This document shows, one piece after another, positions 41,789 through 51,900 of a DNA stretch of 64,000 nucleotides; within the stretch, counting starts at the first letter, position 1; each line of letters starts with the position of its first letter. A program made the translations under genes and the position numbers. Below the pieces are notes generated by a model. That model was not told the origin of the DNA. It saw only the letters and a program-made list of their open reading frames with translations, and did no database searches. The stretch is from positions 352,001-416,000 of the forward strand of contig OY970176.1 in NCBI GenBank assembly GCA_963707955.1, given 5' to 3'. This DNA comes from Candidatus Bathyarchaeota archaeon. GTDB lineage: Archaea; Thermoproteota; Bathyarchaeia; Bathyarchaeales; Bathycorpusculaceae.

Positions 41789-42025
41789 ACTTTTTCCTTC
41801 ATGATTCCTATCATTTGTCCTCTGTTGTTGTGCAGATTAGATTTCTGACTCTAAGGTTCTAGCTAGTGATTCTAGTAGTTATGTGATTGTTACGGTTTCA
41901 GTAGCGCCTACGGATGAATTTGTGTTGCCTACTCGAATCTGTACAGCGCGCGCCTAATCAACGCCTTGACCATAGTGTATAGAAAGTCAGGAATAGGTCT
42001 TTTGATTCAGTTCGAGGAATTAACA

Positions 42026-42485
42026 GAAGTTGGGTTTGGGGATAAAGTTTTATCCAACCAACCAAACTGACGACGATGCCCTGCTGTGGAAAAAGGCAGT
42101 CATTGTCAGGGCAGTATACTCGGTTCAGAGCATAGTACTTGATCTCTGCAAAAGAGGTATTACGGGAAATCAGATCATAATAGGGTAGAGATATAGGTAG
42201 TATCGGAATCGAGTATACGGTCGCGTCAATTCCTTTTCAAGAATCTACCATAGGATGGCTGTATCTTTTTTGAGACGTCTTTATTTTTTCTTATTTGCTG
42301 CTTTTTTAGCGCATTGGGCACTGCAATATTTGTTTTTGTTATCTAATGTCGTAAAGACTTTTCCGCAAATTGAACATTTCTTTTGAATGATTCCCATTCA
42401 CTAGACCTCATCACTACAGTTACGATTCAACAAATATAAGATTGCGTTAGGTGGGGGTAAAGTTTTATCCCCAAACCCAAACTTC
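42026..42485. mobile_element. Mini-cassette bounded by attL/attR-like palindromic sites
   Basis: Sites TTGGGTTTGGGGATAAA-GT-TTTATCCAACC and TTAGGTGGGGGTAAA-GT-TTTATCCCCAAACCCAA; outer arms form a perfect 17-bp inverted repeat. Confidence 0.55.
42281..42397 (-). CDS. 38-aa zinc-finger microprotein
   Basis: MGIIQKKCSICGKVFTTLDNKNKYCSAQCAKK; GAGGT upstream. Confidence 0.6.
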   Translation of the reverse strand: MGIIQKKCSICGKVFTTLDNKNKYCSAQCAKKAANKKK

Positions 42486-42640
42486 CTCTTATTTCTCTTT
42501 CCTTCCCTTTCCTACCTATACTATACCTCTCTCTGACAGATCCATACAGACACACAGACAGAAGACAAACAAAAGCGCGCGCGCCAAGATTACTCCAACG
42601 TCATAAGAAATAAATTTAGGAAATAGTCGGTCTATCCATT

Positions 42641-43194
42641 ATGAAAACCACTGGATTTTTCTGGACTAGATTAAACCCTCCCCATAAAGGTCACATTAAA
42701 ATTATTAAAAGAATTCTAAAACAAGTAGATAATTTGATTGTAGTCATAGGAGTTTCACAATACAAAAATACAAAAAACAATCCATTTAGCGGGGAAGAGA
42801 GAAAGCAAATGTTGGAAGCATACTTAAAAGAAGAGGGACTAGATAAGAAGGTAAAAATAATTCCCCTTCCAGACAGTGAAGTGTCGATACAAGATGGAGT
42901 AAGATATGGTCTAAACAATACTCCAAAATTTGATGTCGCATTTTCTACACACGAAATAGAAGAACAGTTGACTCCGATAAAAATAGAAGTTGAAAAGACA
43001 CTAGAACAAGAATTGAATATTAGAAAAATTAAAATTGTTAAGTTTAAAAGAATGGGAACACTATCTTCTACGAAGATCAGAGAAGCTATAGCTTATGAAA
43101 AAAATGGGGGCATATGACAGGTAAGTCTGTCGTGAAAATAATTAAAGAACTAAATGGAATAGAAAGAATAAAGAAAGCATATAATAGTAGTTAG
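42641..43194 (+). CDS. Nicotinamide-nucleotide adenylyltransferase-like protein, AT-rich, 3' frameshift
   Basis: PPHKGH, NPFSGEER, SSTKIRE; an extra A in the A7 run at 43098-43104 restores W...VVKIIKELNGIERIKK* (stop 43192-43194). Confidence 0.75.
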
Positions 43195-43347
43195 CGCGCG
43201 CTTACTAAAAAATAGTATTTCATACAGGCCCTTTTTGAAGGGAAACTCGCGCTAGCATCAGTATGCCAAGCCCTTGAGGCGGGTACATTTAAGGAAACAT
43301 TTTTCAACGGGAACAGTCAGTAAACCGCCACAGGGAGTTGCCATCAC

Positions 43348-43854
43348 ATGCAACAACGGATGATTCGAAAGGAAGTAGTCGTCAACGCACCTGTGAAGGC
43401 GGTCTGGGACGCGTGGACCACGCCCGAAGGCGCCATCACCTTCTTCGCGCCGAGGGCTAACATCAGGCTTGCAGTAGGTGGACCGTACGAGCTGTTCTTT
43501 GACCTTGACGCTCCAGAGGGCTCACAGGGAAGCGAGGGTTTGAAGATACTCAGCTTTCTTCCCATGGAAATGCTCTCATTCGAATGGACTGCGCCGCCAC
43601 AGTATCCCACCGTTCGCAAAGGACAGCGCACGTGGGTTGTGGTTCAATTCTTCCCCCGTGGCCAGAATGAAGTTCAAGTCAGACTGACTCATCTCGGCTG
43701 GAAACAAGGCGACGAGTGGGACAAAGTGTTTCAGTACTTCAAACACGCATGGGACATCGTCCTCGGAAGATTAGAACACAGATTTTCTACGGGTCCCATC
43801 GACTGGAACAATCCTTACTCCATTCCCCAGAATGTGACGTATGAGGCCCCTTGA
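43348..43854 (+). CDS. SRPBCC/AHSA1-domain protein
   Basis: VVNAPVKAVWDAWTT, VGG.YE, LSFEW, VRLTH.GW. Confidence 0.85.
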   Translation: MQQRMIRKEVVVNAPVKAVWDAWTTPEGAITFFAPRANIRLAVGGPYELFFDLDAPEGSQGSEGLKILSFLPMEMLSFEWTAPPQYPTVRKGQRTWVVVQFFPRGQNEVQVRLTHLGWKQGDEWDKVFQYFKHAWDIVLGRLEHRFSTGPIDWNNPYSIPQNVTYEAP

Positions 43855-43963
43855 AAACAGACACGGTGCAATCGTACCATGGGACCCCACATCAAGTAAA
43901 CAGAAGTAAACAGATGGAAAGGCACGCGAGCCATGTTACGGAGATCTATCAATGGAGCGTGCG

Positions 43964-44155
43964 CTACGGATTTGCGTTCTCTGAATGCAACTGTCCACCG
44001 GTTGCCCAGTTGGTCTTCGGCACTTCGTAGATGATGACGGTTACCGCTTCCCTGGGGATGCCCAGTTCCTCAAGCACCCTCGTTATCCCTTCAACGACTT
44101 TCTTCTTGTTCTCTTCACTCATACCAGCCCAAAGAGAGACCTGAACCACGGGCAA
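43964..44155 (-). CDS. 4-oxalocrotonate tautomerase family protein
   Basis: TTG start gives Pro1: MPVVQV...EVPKTNWATGG. Confidence 0.88.
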   Translation of the reverse strand: MPVVQVSLWAGMSEENKKKVVEGITRVLEELGIPREAVTVIIYEVPKTNWATGGQLHSENANP

Positions 44156-44332
44156 TTCAGCTACCCCATGTAATGATACCTTTTTCCACATATAAAGGCA
44201 CAGCGCGCGCTGTCCTCATCTAAGCCTGTTTAGCTTCGATTCCAGAGCTTTCAGTTCGCAACACGCTTTTCGACCACATACAAGAAGACTTTAATCTGCG
44301 GCTAATCACACGATGATTGAGGGTAAGGAGCG

Positions 44333-44674
44333 ATGGAAGAAAAAGATTACTTAAAAAGATTCAACCGCTTGCTTGTTTGGCCGACGTTGGTTTTGTTCAT
44401 AATCTTGGCAATCTCAGGGTACGGTATCGTAAACCCTGTTGTGGTTCGCGAATTAACCGGAGGTCTTTTTGCTGATCGCTACCTTTCATTGCGCGTTCAC
44501 ACGGATGTAGTTCTTCCTGCTTTGACGTTACTCATGATTCACGTATTGATTGCAATCAGGTCAACTCTGATTCGCTGGGGTGTAAAAGAGAGCAATCTTT
44601 TGAACGCTTTTCTGATTCTTTTAGGAGCTTTCACGGTCGCGTTGCTCGTTCTAATGCAGGACCTAGCGCCCTGA
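44333..44674 (+). CDS. 3-TM membrane protein with His residues (possible heme-b partner)
   Basis: ISGYG, LRVHT, MIHV; directly upstream of the Moco-domain gene. Confidence 0.55.
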   Translation: MEEKDYLKRFNRLLVWPTLVLFIILAISGYGIVNPVVVRELTGGLFADRYLSLRVHTDVVLPALTLLMIHVLIAIRSTLIRWGVKESNLLNAFLILLGAFTVALLVLMQDLAP

Positions 44675-44687
44675 GGAGCTGAAGAAG

Positions 44688-45953
44688 ATGGGAAAGAAGC
44701 TTGGAATAGCACATATGGTCGTAATAATGGTTTTTGCTCTGATTACCGTCCTACCTGTGCAGAGGGGTGCTGGCGCACTCCAAACATCTGGAGTGTTAAG
44801 GATTTACGGTTTAGTGAATAGGCCTCTGAACTTGACCTATGATGAACTGTTTTCTTTTCCGATGGTTTCGGAAGTGGCAGAATTGAAGTGTGTGGATGGT
44901 TTTCCAGACGTGACTGGCAACTGGACAGGAATACCGCTTTTCTACCTCCTGACCTTGGCCCAGATTAACTCAGATGCATACAAGGTTGTCACGTACGGCT
45001 CGGATGGGTTTTCATCAGACCTTCTGGTCGAAGACGCTCTGAGGCCCACAACTATCCTTGCTTTGGAAGACAACGGAACAACGAGCGCGAGCGCGATAGA
45101 ACCATTGCCACGCCTCATCGTTCCCAACAATTGGGGTTACAAATGGGTCGCTGAAGTGGATGCGATTGAAGTGGTGAACTATGATTACAAAGGGACTTGG
45201 GAGAGCAGCGGATATTCCGATAATGGGACCAGACCTGGCAGCACGGCCTTGCCATCGATAACGCCCCCCCTGCAAGAGTTGAACTTTGCCTTTGGCAACC
45301 TGACCTTCAACGTGGAAGCCTTCACAGACGTTTCAATCAGCTCCTACATGCTCGATCATTCGCAGAAGCAATTAAGTCTGAACGTAACTGTGCCTTCTGG
45401 AATAGGAGGCTTTGCTGATTTCATACTGCCGCAAGACTTTCTAAAAAGTCCATACAGTGTTACCTTGGATAACCAGGCAGTTGACGTCATTGAAGCTGAT
45501 CTGAGCAATCAGTCATACCTATACGCCTCTATCCCAGAAGGTTTCAACGCTGTGAAGATTGTTGGTGCTGGAGTTTTCGGATTTGCGCCTGAAATCGAGG
45601 TGAGTGCCAGCCAAATTGTCAACGTTGGAGAGACTGTCATTTTTGATGCAAGCAAATCTGCCGCCTATGGAACAATAGTGTCGTATGAGTGGAACTTCGG
45701 TGACGGCACTAATGGAACCGGAGCGGTTGTGTCACACTCATACAACAAACTGGGGACATACCAAGCAGAGCTCAACGTCACCGACAACAATGGTTTAAGC
45801 AGTTCCGAAACGTTGACAATAACCGTTGAAAACCCGCCAGAGTACATCCCCCTCGCTGTGAAGGTGCTTCTGGCAGCAGTTCTAGGTTTACTCATCTTGA
45901 TGTTTGCAGTTCTGGTGAGAGGCAGAAGAAAAGAGCGTGTACCTAAGCAATAG
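44688..45953 (+). CDS. Sulfite-oxidase-family molybdopterin domain fused to PKD domain and C-terminal anchor
   Basis: GLVNRPL, LKCVDG, WTGIPL, RLIVP..WGYKW, WESSGYS; PKD YEWNFGDG..HSY...GTY; TM tail. Confidence 0.8.
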   Translation: MGKKLGIAHMVVIMVFALITVLPVQRGAGALQTSGVLRIYGLVNRPLNLTYDELFSFPMVSEVAELKCVDGFPDVTGNWTGIPLFYLLTLAQINSDAYKVVTYGSDGFSSDLLVEDALRPTTILALEDNGTTSASAIEPLPRLIVPNNWGYKWVAEVDAIEVVNYDYKGTWESSGYSDNGTRPGSTALPSITPPLQELNFAFGNLTFNVEAFTDVSISSYMLDHSQKQLSLNVTVPSGIGGFADFILPQDFLKSPYSVTLDNQAVDVIEADLSNQSYLYASIPEGFNAVKIVGAGVFGFAPEIEVSASQIVNVGETVIFDASKSAAYGTIVSYEWNFGDGTNGTGAVVSHSYNKLGTYQAELNVTDNNGLSSSETLTITVENPPEYIPLAVKVLLAAVLGLLILMFAVLVRGRRKERVPKQ

Positions 45954-46074
45954 GGATTCAGTTATTGACGTTGTGTCAAAAGCAGTTCTCAGTACGTGCA
46001 CTGACGTCATGATTTAAGGCTGAAAGACTTCTCTTGCTTGTTTCCTGCATAACAAATTATGTAACGCGCGCGCT

Positions 46075-46243
46075 AATCGTAGAAAGTCCAACCTTCACTT
46101 GTCCTTGGATATTGGTTCTCCTTCTCAGAAGATTGACAAAGGGATTGTCCAAATCTCGCATCTCTTCGTTTATTCCCTCAAAAAAGAGGTGCGGGGCTCT
46201 ACTCATTACGCTTCAGCGAATTTAGGAACAGGCATACGCGCTG
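46075..46243 (-). mobile_element. Degenerate left-end fragment of the IS5/IS1182-like element
   Basis: rc CAGCGCGTATGCCTGTTCCTAAATTCG then GAGCCCCGCACCTCTTTTTTGAGG...GAAGAGATGCGAGA aligns with IS ~37080-37190. Confidence 0.6.
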
Positions 46244-46282
46244 AAATATGATAACGTTTAAACTTTACCAAACCCCAGATCA

Positions 46283-46630
46283 ATGGGCAAGATGAAGGAC
46301 ACGGTCATGGGCAACCTGGAGATGCGCTTCTACAATCAGATATTCTGCCTTGCAAAAGCTTTGGATGAACATGGGATAATACTCAACTATGATGATGCGC
46401 AGATGGGTCGAGTAAGCCCAAAGCTTGTTGGCGAAGGGTTTGGAATTCCTCTCTCAAAGGTCTATCCCATAAAGGTGCCGGAGGATGTGAAAGAACAGAT
46501 GGCAGCCCTTGACATCAAAGACTTCTGGGATTTCTATTTCTACAGAGAAACGAAGGCTCTAAGAGAAGTTGCACTTGAGAAGAAAAAAGAAGAGGAAAAT
46601 CCTAAAAAGAAACACTGGCCCTTCGGATAA
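46283..46630 (+). CDS. Hypothetical protein
   Basis: 115-aa ORF with ATG start and TATA-like TTTAAA upstream; no family recognised. Confidence 0.55.
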   Translation: MGKMKDTVMGNLEMRFYNQIFCLAKALDEHGIILNYDDAQMGRVSPKLVGEGFGIPLSKVYPIKVPEDVKEQMAALDIKDFWDFYFYRETKALREVALEKKKEEENPKKKHWPFG

Positions 46631-46859
46631 AGTTTAGACACGAAAGATGCGCGCTCAAAGAACCGTTTGTTCTCGCGATTTCTCGACGAGGCATCCGAAA
46701 AGTTCGGAATCGATAACCGTCCAAACTCGCGCGATTTGTAATTCAAAAAGGTTATTTCCCAGTCTGTTGACGACATCTCCCGCACAATCCTCTCTTTTCT
46801 CTTCCTGCAGATAGACCTTTTGAATCCGCGTTTGTAATACTTTCTTCACGATCACTTCT

Positions 46860-47480
46860 TCATTTGGCAGGCTTAAGATTCGGTCCCATTTTCTTCAAAT
46901 AGTTGTCCACTCCGTCTCCGAGAACCCTCGTCAGCAGGTCCATCCGCACGCGCATGTACTCTTCTTGAAGTATGTCAAAATGGAAGGATCCCCATTTCTT
47001 GCCTGCCACGTAAACCGTGTTCCGTACAACTCCGCCTTTCTTGAAGCCGCAAGATTCAAGCGCCCTGTGAGCCCGCGTGTTGTATTCTACGCTCCACGCT
47101 TGGCAGTGCTCAAGGCCAAGGTGCATAAAAGACATTTCGAGCAGAGCGACAGTTATTTTCTTTCCTAAACCCTTCTCCCACAGTTCCTTCTTTCCGATGT
47201 AGGTGCCGACGTCCGCTCCTGGAACGTTACCCCAAACCTCCCTGCGAATGCTGGCGAAGCCTACAGGCTCGTTTAAGTCAATGTCCTCCACGATGAAAAA
47301 GAGGTTCTTCTCATTCTTCATCCATTCAGCAAACCTTTCCTCCAGCTGAGCCATCGAAGCCATATTCAACGGTTGACTTCTGCTGTACATCATCAACTCA
47401 GAATCGTTCTCCCAAACGTGCAACAACTTCAGATCTTCCTTCTCCAAAGGCCTGAACCTCAGACCAGCAAACTCAAACAC
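46860..47480 (-). CDS. GNAT acetyltransferase (RimJ/RimL-like)
   Basis: FRPLEKEDL, IGKKELWEKGLG, N.RA...ESCGFKKGG.VR; GTG start after GGGGTGA. Confidence 0.85.
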   Translation of the reverse strand: MFEFAGLRFRPLEKEDLKLLHVWENDSELMMYSRSQPLNMASMAQLEERFAEWMKNEKNLFFIVEDIDLNEPVGFASIRREVWGNVPGADVGTYIGKKELWEKGLGKKITVALLEMSFMHLGLEHCQAWSVEYNTRAHRALESCGFKKGGVVRNTVYVAGKKWGSFHFDILQEEYMRVRMDLLTRVLGDGVDNYLKKMGPNLKPAK

Positions 47481-47699
47481 CCAGATCACCCCTTTCGAAC
47501 TACTACGAAGGCAAAAATTAACCTTACCCTTAGCGCGCGCTAGCCGCTTAGATTGTCCTATGGAAAACAGGTCCCATATTCTAACGCGAGGCAGCACCCA
47601 TTACGATAGCCAGTAGCGCGCGTCTGTTTCTTCACGGCTGGTTACACCCCAACATTGCTATCGGCATTACTTGTAAGAAACAGTTTTCGCCCGCGCGCG

Positions 47700-48578
47700 C
47701 TACAGATGAGTTGCGCATTGCCTGCATTTAGAAGAGTGCGGCTTCCTCGAGTTTTTCATGTCTTCCGTGTCGAGGCTCCACCCTACGGAGCCGGTGTTCT
47801 CGACTACGCGTTCAGGTCTGGAAGCTCTCGGGATCGGAAAGATTGTTATGCTCTTGGTCATCAGCCAGTTGAGTGCGATCTGCACTCGCGTTTTGCCTCC
47901 GTGTTTGCGTGAAACTTCATCCATGGCGGCGGCGAGTTTCGTGTCGGGGTTGACCAGCTTGCCGTGGGCTATCGGCCTATAGGGCACAATGACTATGTGT
48001 TTCTGTTCGCAGTAGGGAAGCAGGTCCTTCTCTATTTTCCTCCTCATCAGATTATATTCAACCTGGTTGGAAGCAAGCTGTGTTGTCGAGAGCGCTTGCT
48101 CGGCGCTCTTGGTTTGCTCCAGGGAAAAGTTGCTGACACCCACATACTTGACTTTCCCGTCGGTCACAAGCTTTTCCATGGCTTTCATTGTTTGCTCAAT
48201 GGGAACTCTTTTGTTGGGCATGTGAATCTGGTAGAGGTCGATATAGGTGCAGTTCAGTCTTCGCAGGTTTCGGTCGGCAGCCTTCAGAACGCCGTTGTAT
48301 TTCAAATGGTTCCACAAGACCTTTGTGGCAATGAACAAGTTGTCCCTTTTGTAGCCTTTGATAGCCTCTCGAACCAGTTCCTCTGTCATGTAGATTTCGG
48401 CAGTGTCGATGAGGTTTATGCCGAGCTCCAGACCCTTCTTCAAGGCAGCTATCTTCTCGTCCTTACCTGCCCGATGGTGAAGAAGCAAGGCTGTGGCGAT
48501 GTACGCTGGGTCAAAGTATGTTCCCATACCTATGTTTGAGACTTTGAACCTCGTCCAACCAAACTCATGATATTCCAT
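47700..48578 (-). CDS. Aldo/keto reductase
   Basis: IGMGT, IDTAEIY, IATKV, DLYQIH, GVSNFS, NQVEYN, PIPRAS; 3' end probably frameshifted. Confidence 0.9.
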   Translation of the reverse strand: MEYHEFGWTRFKVSNIGMGTYFDPAYIATALLLHHRAGKDEKIAALKKGLELGINLIDTAEIYMTEELVREAIKGYKRDNLFIATKVLWNHLKYNGVLKAADRNLRRLNCTYIDLYQIHMPNKRVPIEQTMKAMEKLVTDGKVKYVGVSNFSLEQTKSAEQALSTTQLASNQVEYNLMRRKIEKDLLPYCEQKHIVIVPYRPIAHGKLVNPDTKLAAAMDEVSRKHGGKTRVQIALNWLMTKSITIFPIPRASRPERVVENTGSVGWSLDTEDMKNSRKPHSSKCRQCATHL

Positions 48579-48998
48579 AACAATCAAACTCCGCATTATC
48601 AGTTATTATAGTTCCTTATCAGCCGGCGCCCATCTGACAGTCCTACAGACGAAAGACCACAGAAAAAACGGATAATCAGGAAATCGGGCAATATCGCGCG
48701 CGTGCAAAAACTGGAAAGTCTCAAATCTTATATAGAAACTTAAAGATCTGCCAAAGGAAAACGAGTATTTCTTGAGGAACAGGCTTAGGCAGTCTGTAGG
48801 CAGAAACTTTGAGGTTCAACGGAGACGTATAGCAACGAAACTCGGAAATCATAGGCTTCAAAGAATCACCTTCCGAACCCTAGCGCGCGCAGAAACAGAC
48901 TTCGGAAAAAGTACTTCAATATACGCCGAAAGCAATTCAAAAAGGTTATATTCGGCCGAAACTACTCTGCTGTGTTTGCGGGTGCAATGTGATGCAAG

Positions 48999-51900
48999 GT
49001 GACCGCCAAATTCAAGACTGATTCTGAAAAAGGCCTCACCGTAGAGTATCGCCCGCTCGAACTTGAAGAAGAAATACGTCGATTCTGGGAAGAAAATCAC
49101 ACTCAACAGAGGCTGATGGAAGCCAAGGAGAAAAACAACAAGGGCCTCCTAGGCTACGTTGAAGGACCCCCAACACTCAACGGCGTGCCACACGTTGGCC
49201 ATGCAAGAGGCCGAGTGATGAAAGATCTGCGCTACCGATGGAAGACGATGCAAGGTTACTATGTACCGTTCTGGGGAGGATGGGACTGTCAAGGGTTGCC
49301 TGTCGAGTTGGAAGTTGAGAGACAGCTCGGCGTTAAGAACAAGCGGGAGTTTCTTGACAGAGTCGGTGAGGAACATTTCATACAAGAGTGTAAAAAAGCC
49401 ATAATGAAGTATCAGAAAGCATGGGTGGAAGCTGACCGAAAACTTGGCATCTTCATGGACCACAGCAGAGCATACTGGACGTACTTGGACAGCTACATCG
49501 AAAGGGAATGGCAATACCTCAAACATGCCTGGGACCAAGGCTTACTCGAAGAAGGACATTACGTCGTGGCCTACTGCCCCGGATGCCAAACAAGTCTAAG
49601 CAACGCAGAAGTGGGCTACGAGGACACGTACCAGCTGGTAGAAGACCCAAGCCTCTACTTCAAGTTCAAAATCGCTGACAAGCCGAACGAGTACTTTCTT
49701 GTCTGGACCACGATGCCATTCACGCTTATCACGGACACCATGCTTGCCGTTCGACCAGAAGCTGAGTACGCAAGAGTGCAAGTTGGTGATGAAGTGTGGA
49801 TTCTCGTGAAACAACGCGTTGAACCAGTCATGAAGGAACTAGGCATAGAAAAGTGCACAATAAGCGCAACTGTTACCGGCAAGAGCCTCGAAAACACGAA
49901 ATACGAATACCCCTTTAGGGAAATCGTCCCGAAACAAGTGGAGCTTGAAAAGAGTCACCCATCAGTGCACAGAGTTGTGTGCGAGGACTTTGTGGACGTA
50001 GACACAGCAACGGGCGTAGTTCATCTCTCTCCTGGAAACGGTGAGGAAGACTTCTTCGCTGCACAGAAGCGCGGAGTGCCGATATTCGCACCTTTCGACG
50101 ACGAAGTCAAATTCACAGGTGAAGGGGGAAAATTCTGCGGCGTGTTCGCAAGAGACACCGACTACATGGTTATCGAAGAACTTCGAACAAGAGGATTGCT
50201 CGTCGAAGTAAAACCCGTGAAACACGAATATCCGACATGCTGGCGATCCCACCACAAGCTGGTCTGGCTTGCAAGAAAAGAATACTTCCTCAGGACAGAC
50301 AAGATAAATGGCAAGGTGTTAGAAGCCGCGGAAAAAGTGGCCTACTTCTACGATGAAACCAAGAACAGGTTCATCAGCTTCCTGAAAGAAGGCAAACCCT
50401 GGTGCATATCCCGAGAGCGCGTCTGGGGAGTTCCTCTACCAGTTTGGAAATGCAGAGAATGCGGGACAAAGACCATAGTGGCAAGCAAGAAAGAGCTTCT
50501 TGAAAGGGCAATTGAAAAACCGCGAGGAGAATTTGAGCTGCACAAGCCGTGGGTCGACCGAATAACCTTCAAGTGCCAGAAGTGCGGAGGCACCATGCAT
50601 AGAGAAGACTTCGTGCTCGACACGTGGCACAACAGTGGAGCTTCACCCTACGCAAGGTTTACTGACGAAGAATTCTCGAAGTACGTACCAGCTGACTTCC
50701 TCACGGAAGGAGTCGACCAAACCCGCGGATGGGCAAATTCGCTCTTACTGGAATATGTCATACTTACTGGAAAGGCTGAAGCGCCCTACAAGGCGTTCCT
50801 TTTCCAGGGACTAGCGCAGGACGCAAATGGCAGGAAGATGAGTAAAAGCCTCGGAAACGTCATCGAAGCCAACAAGCTGCTGGAGAAGTATTCAGCAGAC
50901 ATATGCCGGTTCTACAGCTTACGCAAGTGTTCGCCGATTGACTTCATCAGCTTTGACCCGAACGAGCTAGGCCGCAGAACTTATCAAATACTCTCCACGC
51001 TGTACCATCTCAACAGGTTCTTCTTGCAGAACGCGGAGTTCGACAACTTCAACCCTCAGAGACAAACTCTGCAATGGGCAAGAAAAGGAAAACAGCTGAG
51101 GAACCCGGACTTCTGGCTACTTTCAAAGCTTCAGGAAACGATAGACACGTACACGGCCAAGCTGGAAACGTGTGAATTCAACCTCGCAGTTGCTGTCTTG
51201 GAAGACTTCGTCATAGAAAGCCTGAGCAGGCTTTACGTGCCCATGGTCCGCAAAGAACTGTGGACCGACGACTCAGAAACTCTTGACCGAAGGCTAGCAG
51301 TGTATGCAACTCTATGGCACGCTTTGAGGACCATGACAGTCTTATTCAACCCAGTGACGCCTTATCTCAGTGAAGCCTTGCACCAGAAAGTCTACAGAAA
51401 ACTGGATCCTGAGCTGCCAGAATCGGTGAACTTTGAAAGCTGGCCAGAGTCAGACAAGAAACTGCGAAATAAGACGCTGGAGGAAGACTTTCAGACGCTG
51501 TTCAAATGCGTTTCACTTGTCTATTCTGCAAGACAAAACGCTGGACTGAAAAGAAGATGGCCCTTAGACAAGCTGGTCGTGGTCGCCCCAGAGAAAGTGT
51601 GTGCAGCCTTGAAGAGCGTTGAAGAACTGTTCCTCGAGCTTGCAAATGTTAAGGCCGCAGATTACGCAACTGGAAAAGCTCCACAGCACGCAACTTCAGA
51701 AGGATGGATGTTCGCGTCTGAGGGCGACGTTCAGATCTTCTTGGATGTTCATCGTGACGAACGGCTGCTCGGCGCGGGTCTGATGCGTGACCTCGCTCGA
51801 AGGGTTCAAGCCCTTAGAAAGGAGCTAGGTTACGTGCCAACGGACATTCTGGAGGCGGTTTACATATCTGAACTCGACGAGGAAAGCATCAGGCTATTAG

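Noticed and set aside
42041-42055. Xer/dif site
   Set aside because: The spacer between ATAA and TTAT is 4 bp, not the 6 bp typical of dif sites.
47692-47702. Aldo/keto reductase stop abutting a CG run as evidence of cassette ends
   Set aside because: The true stop is probably near 47728 once the T5 frameshift is corrected, so the abutment may be coincidental.
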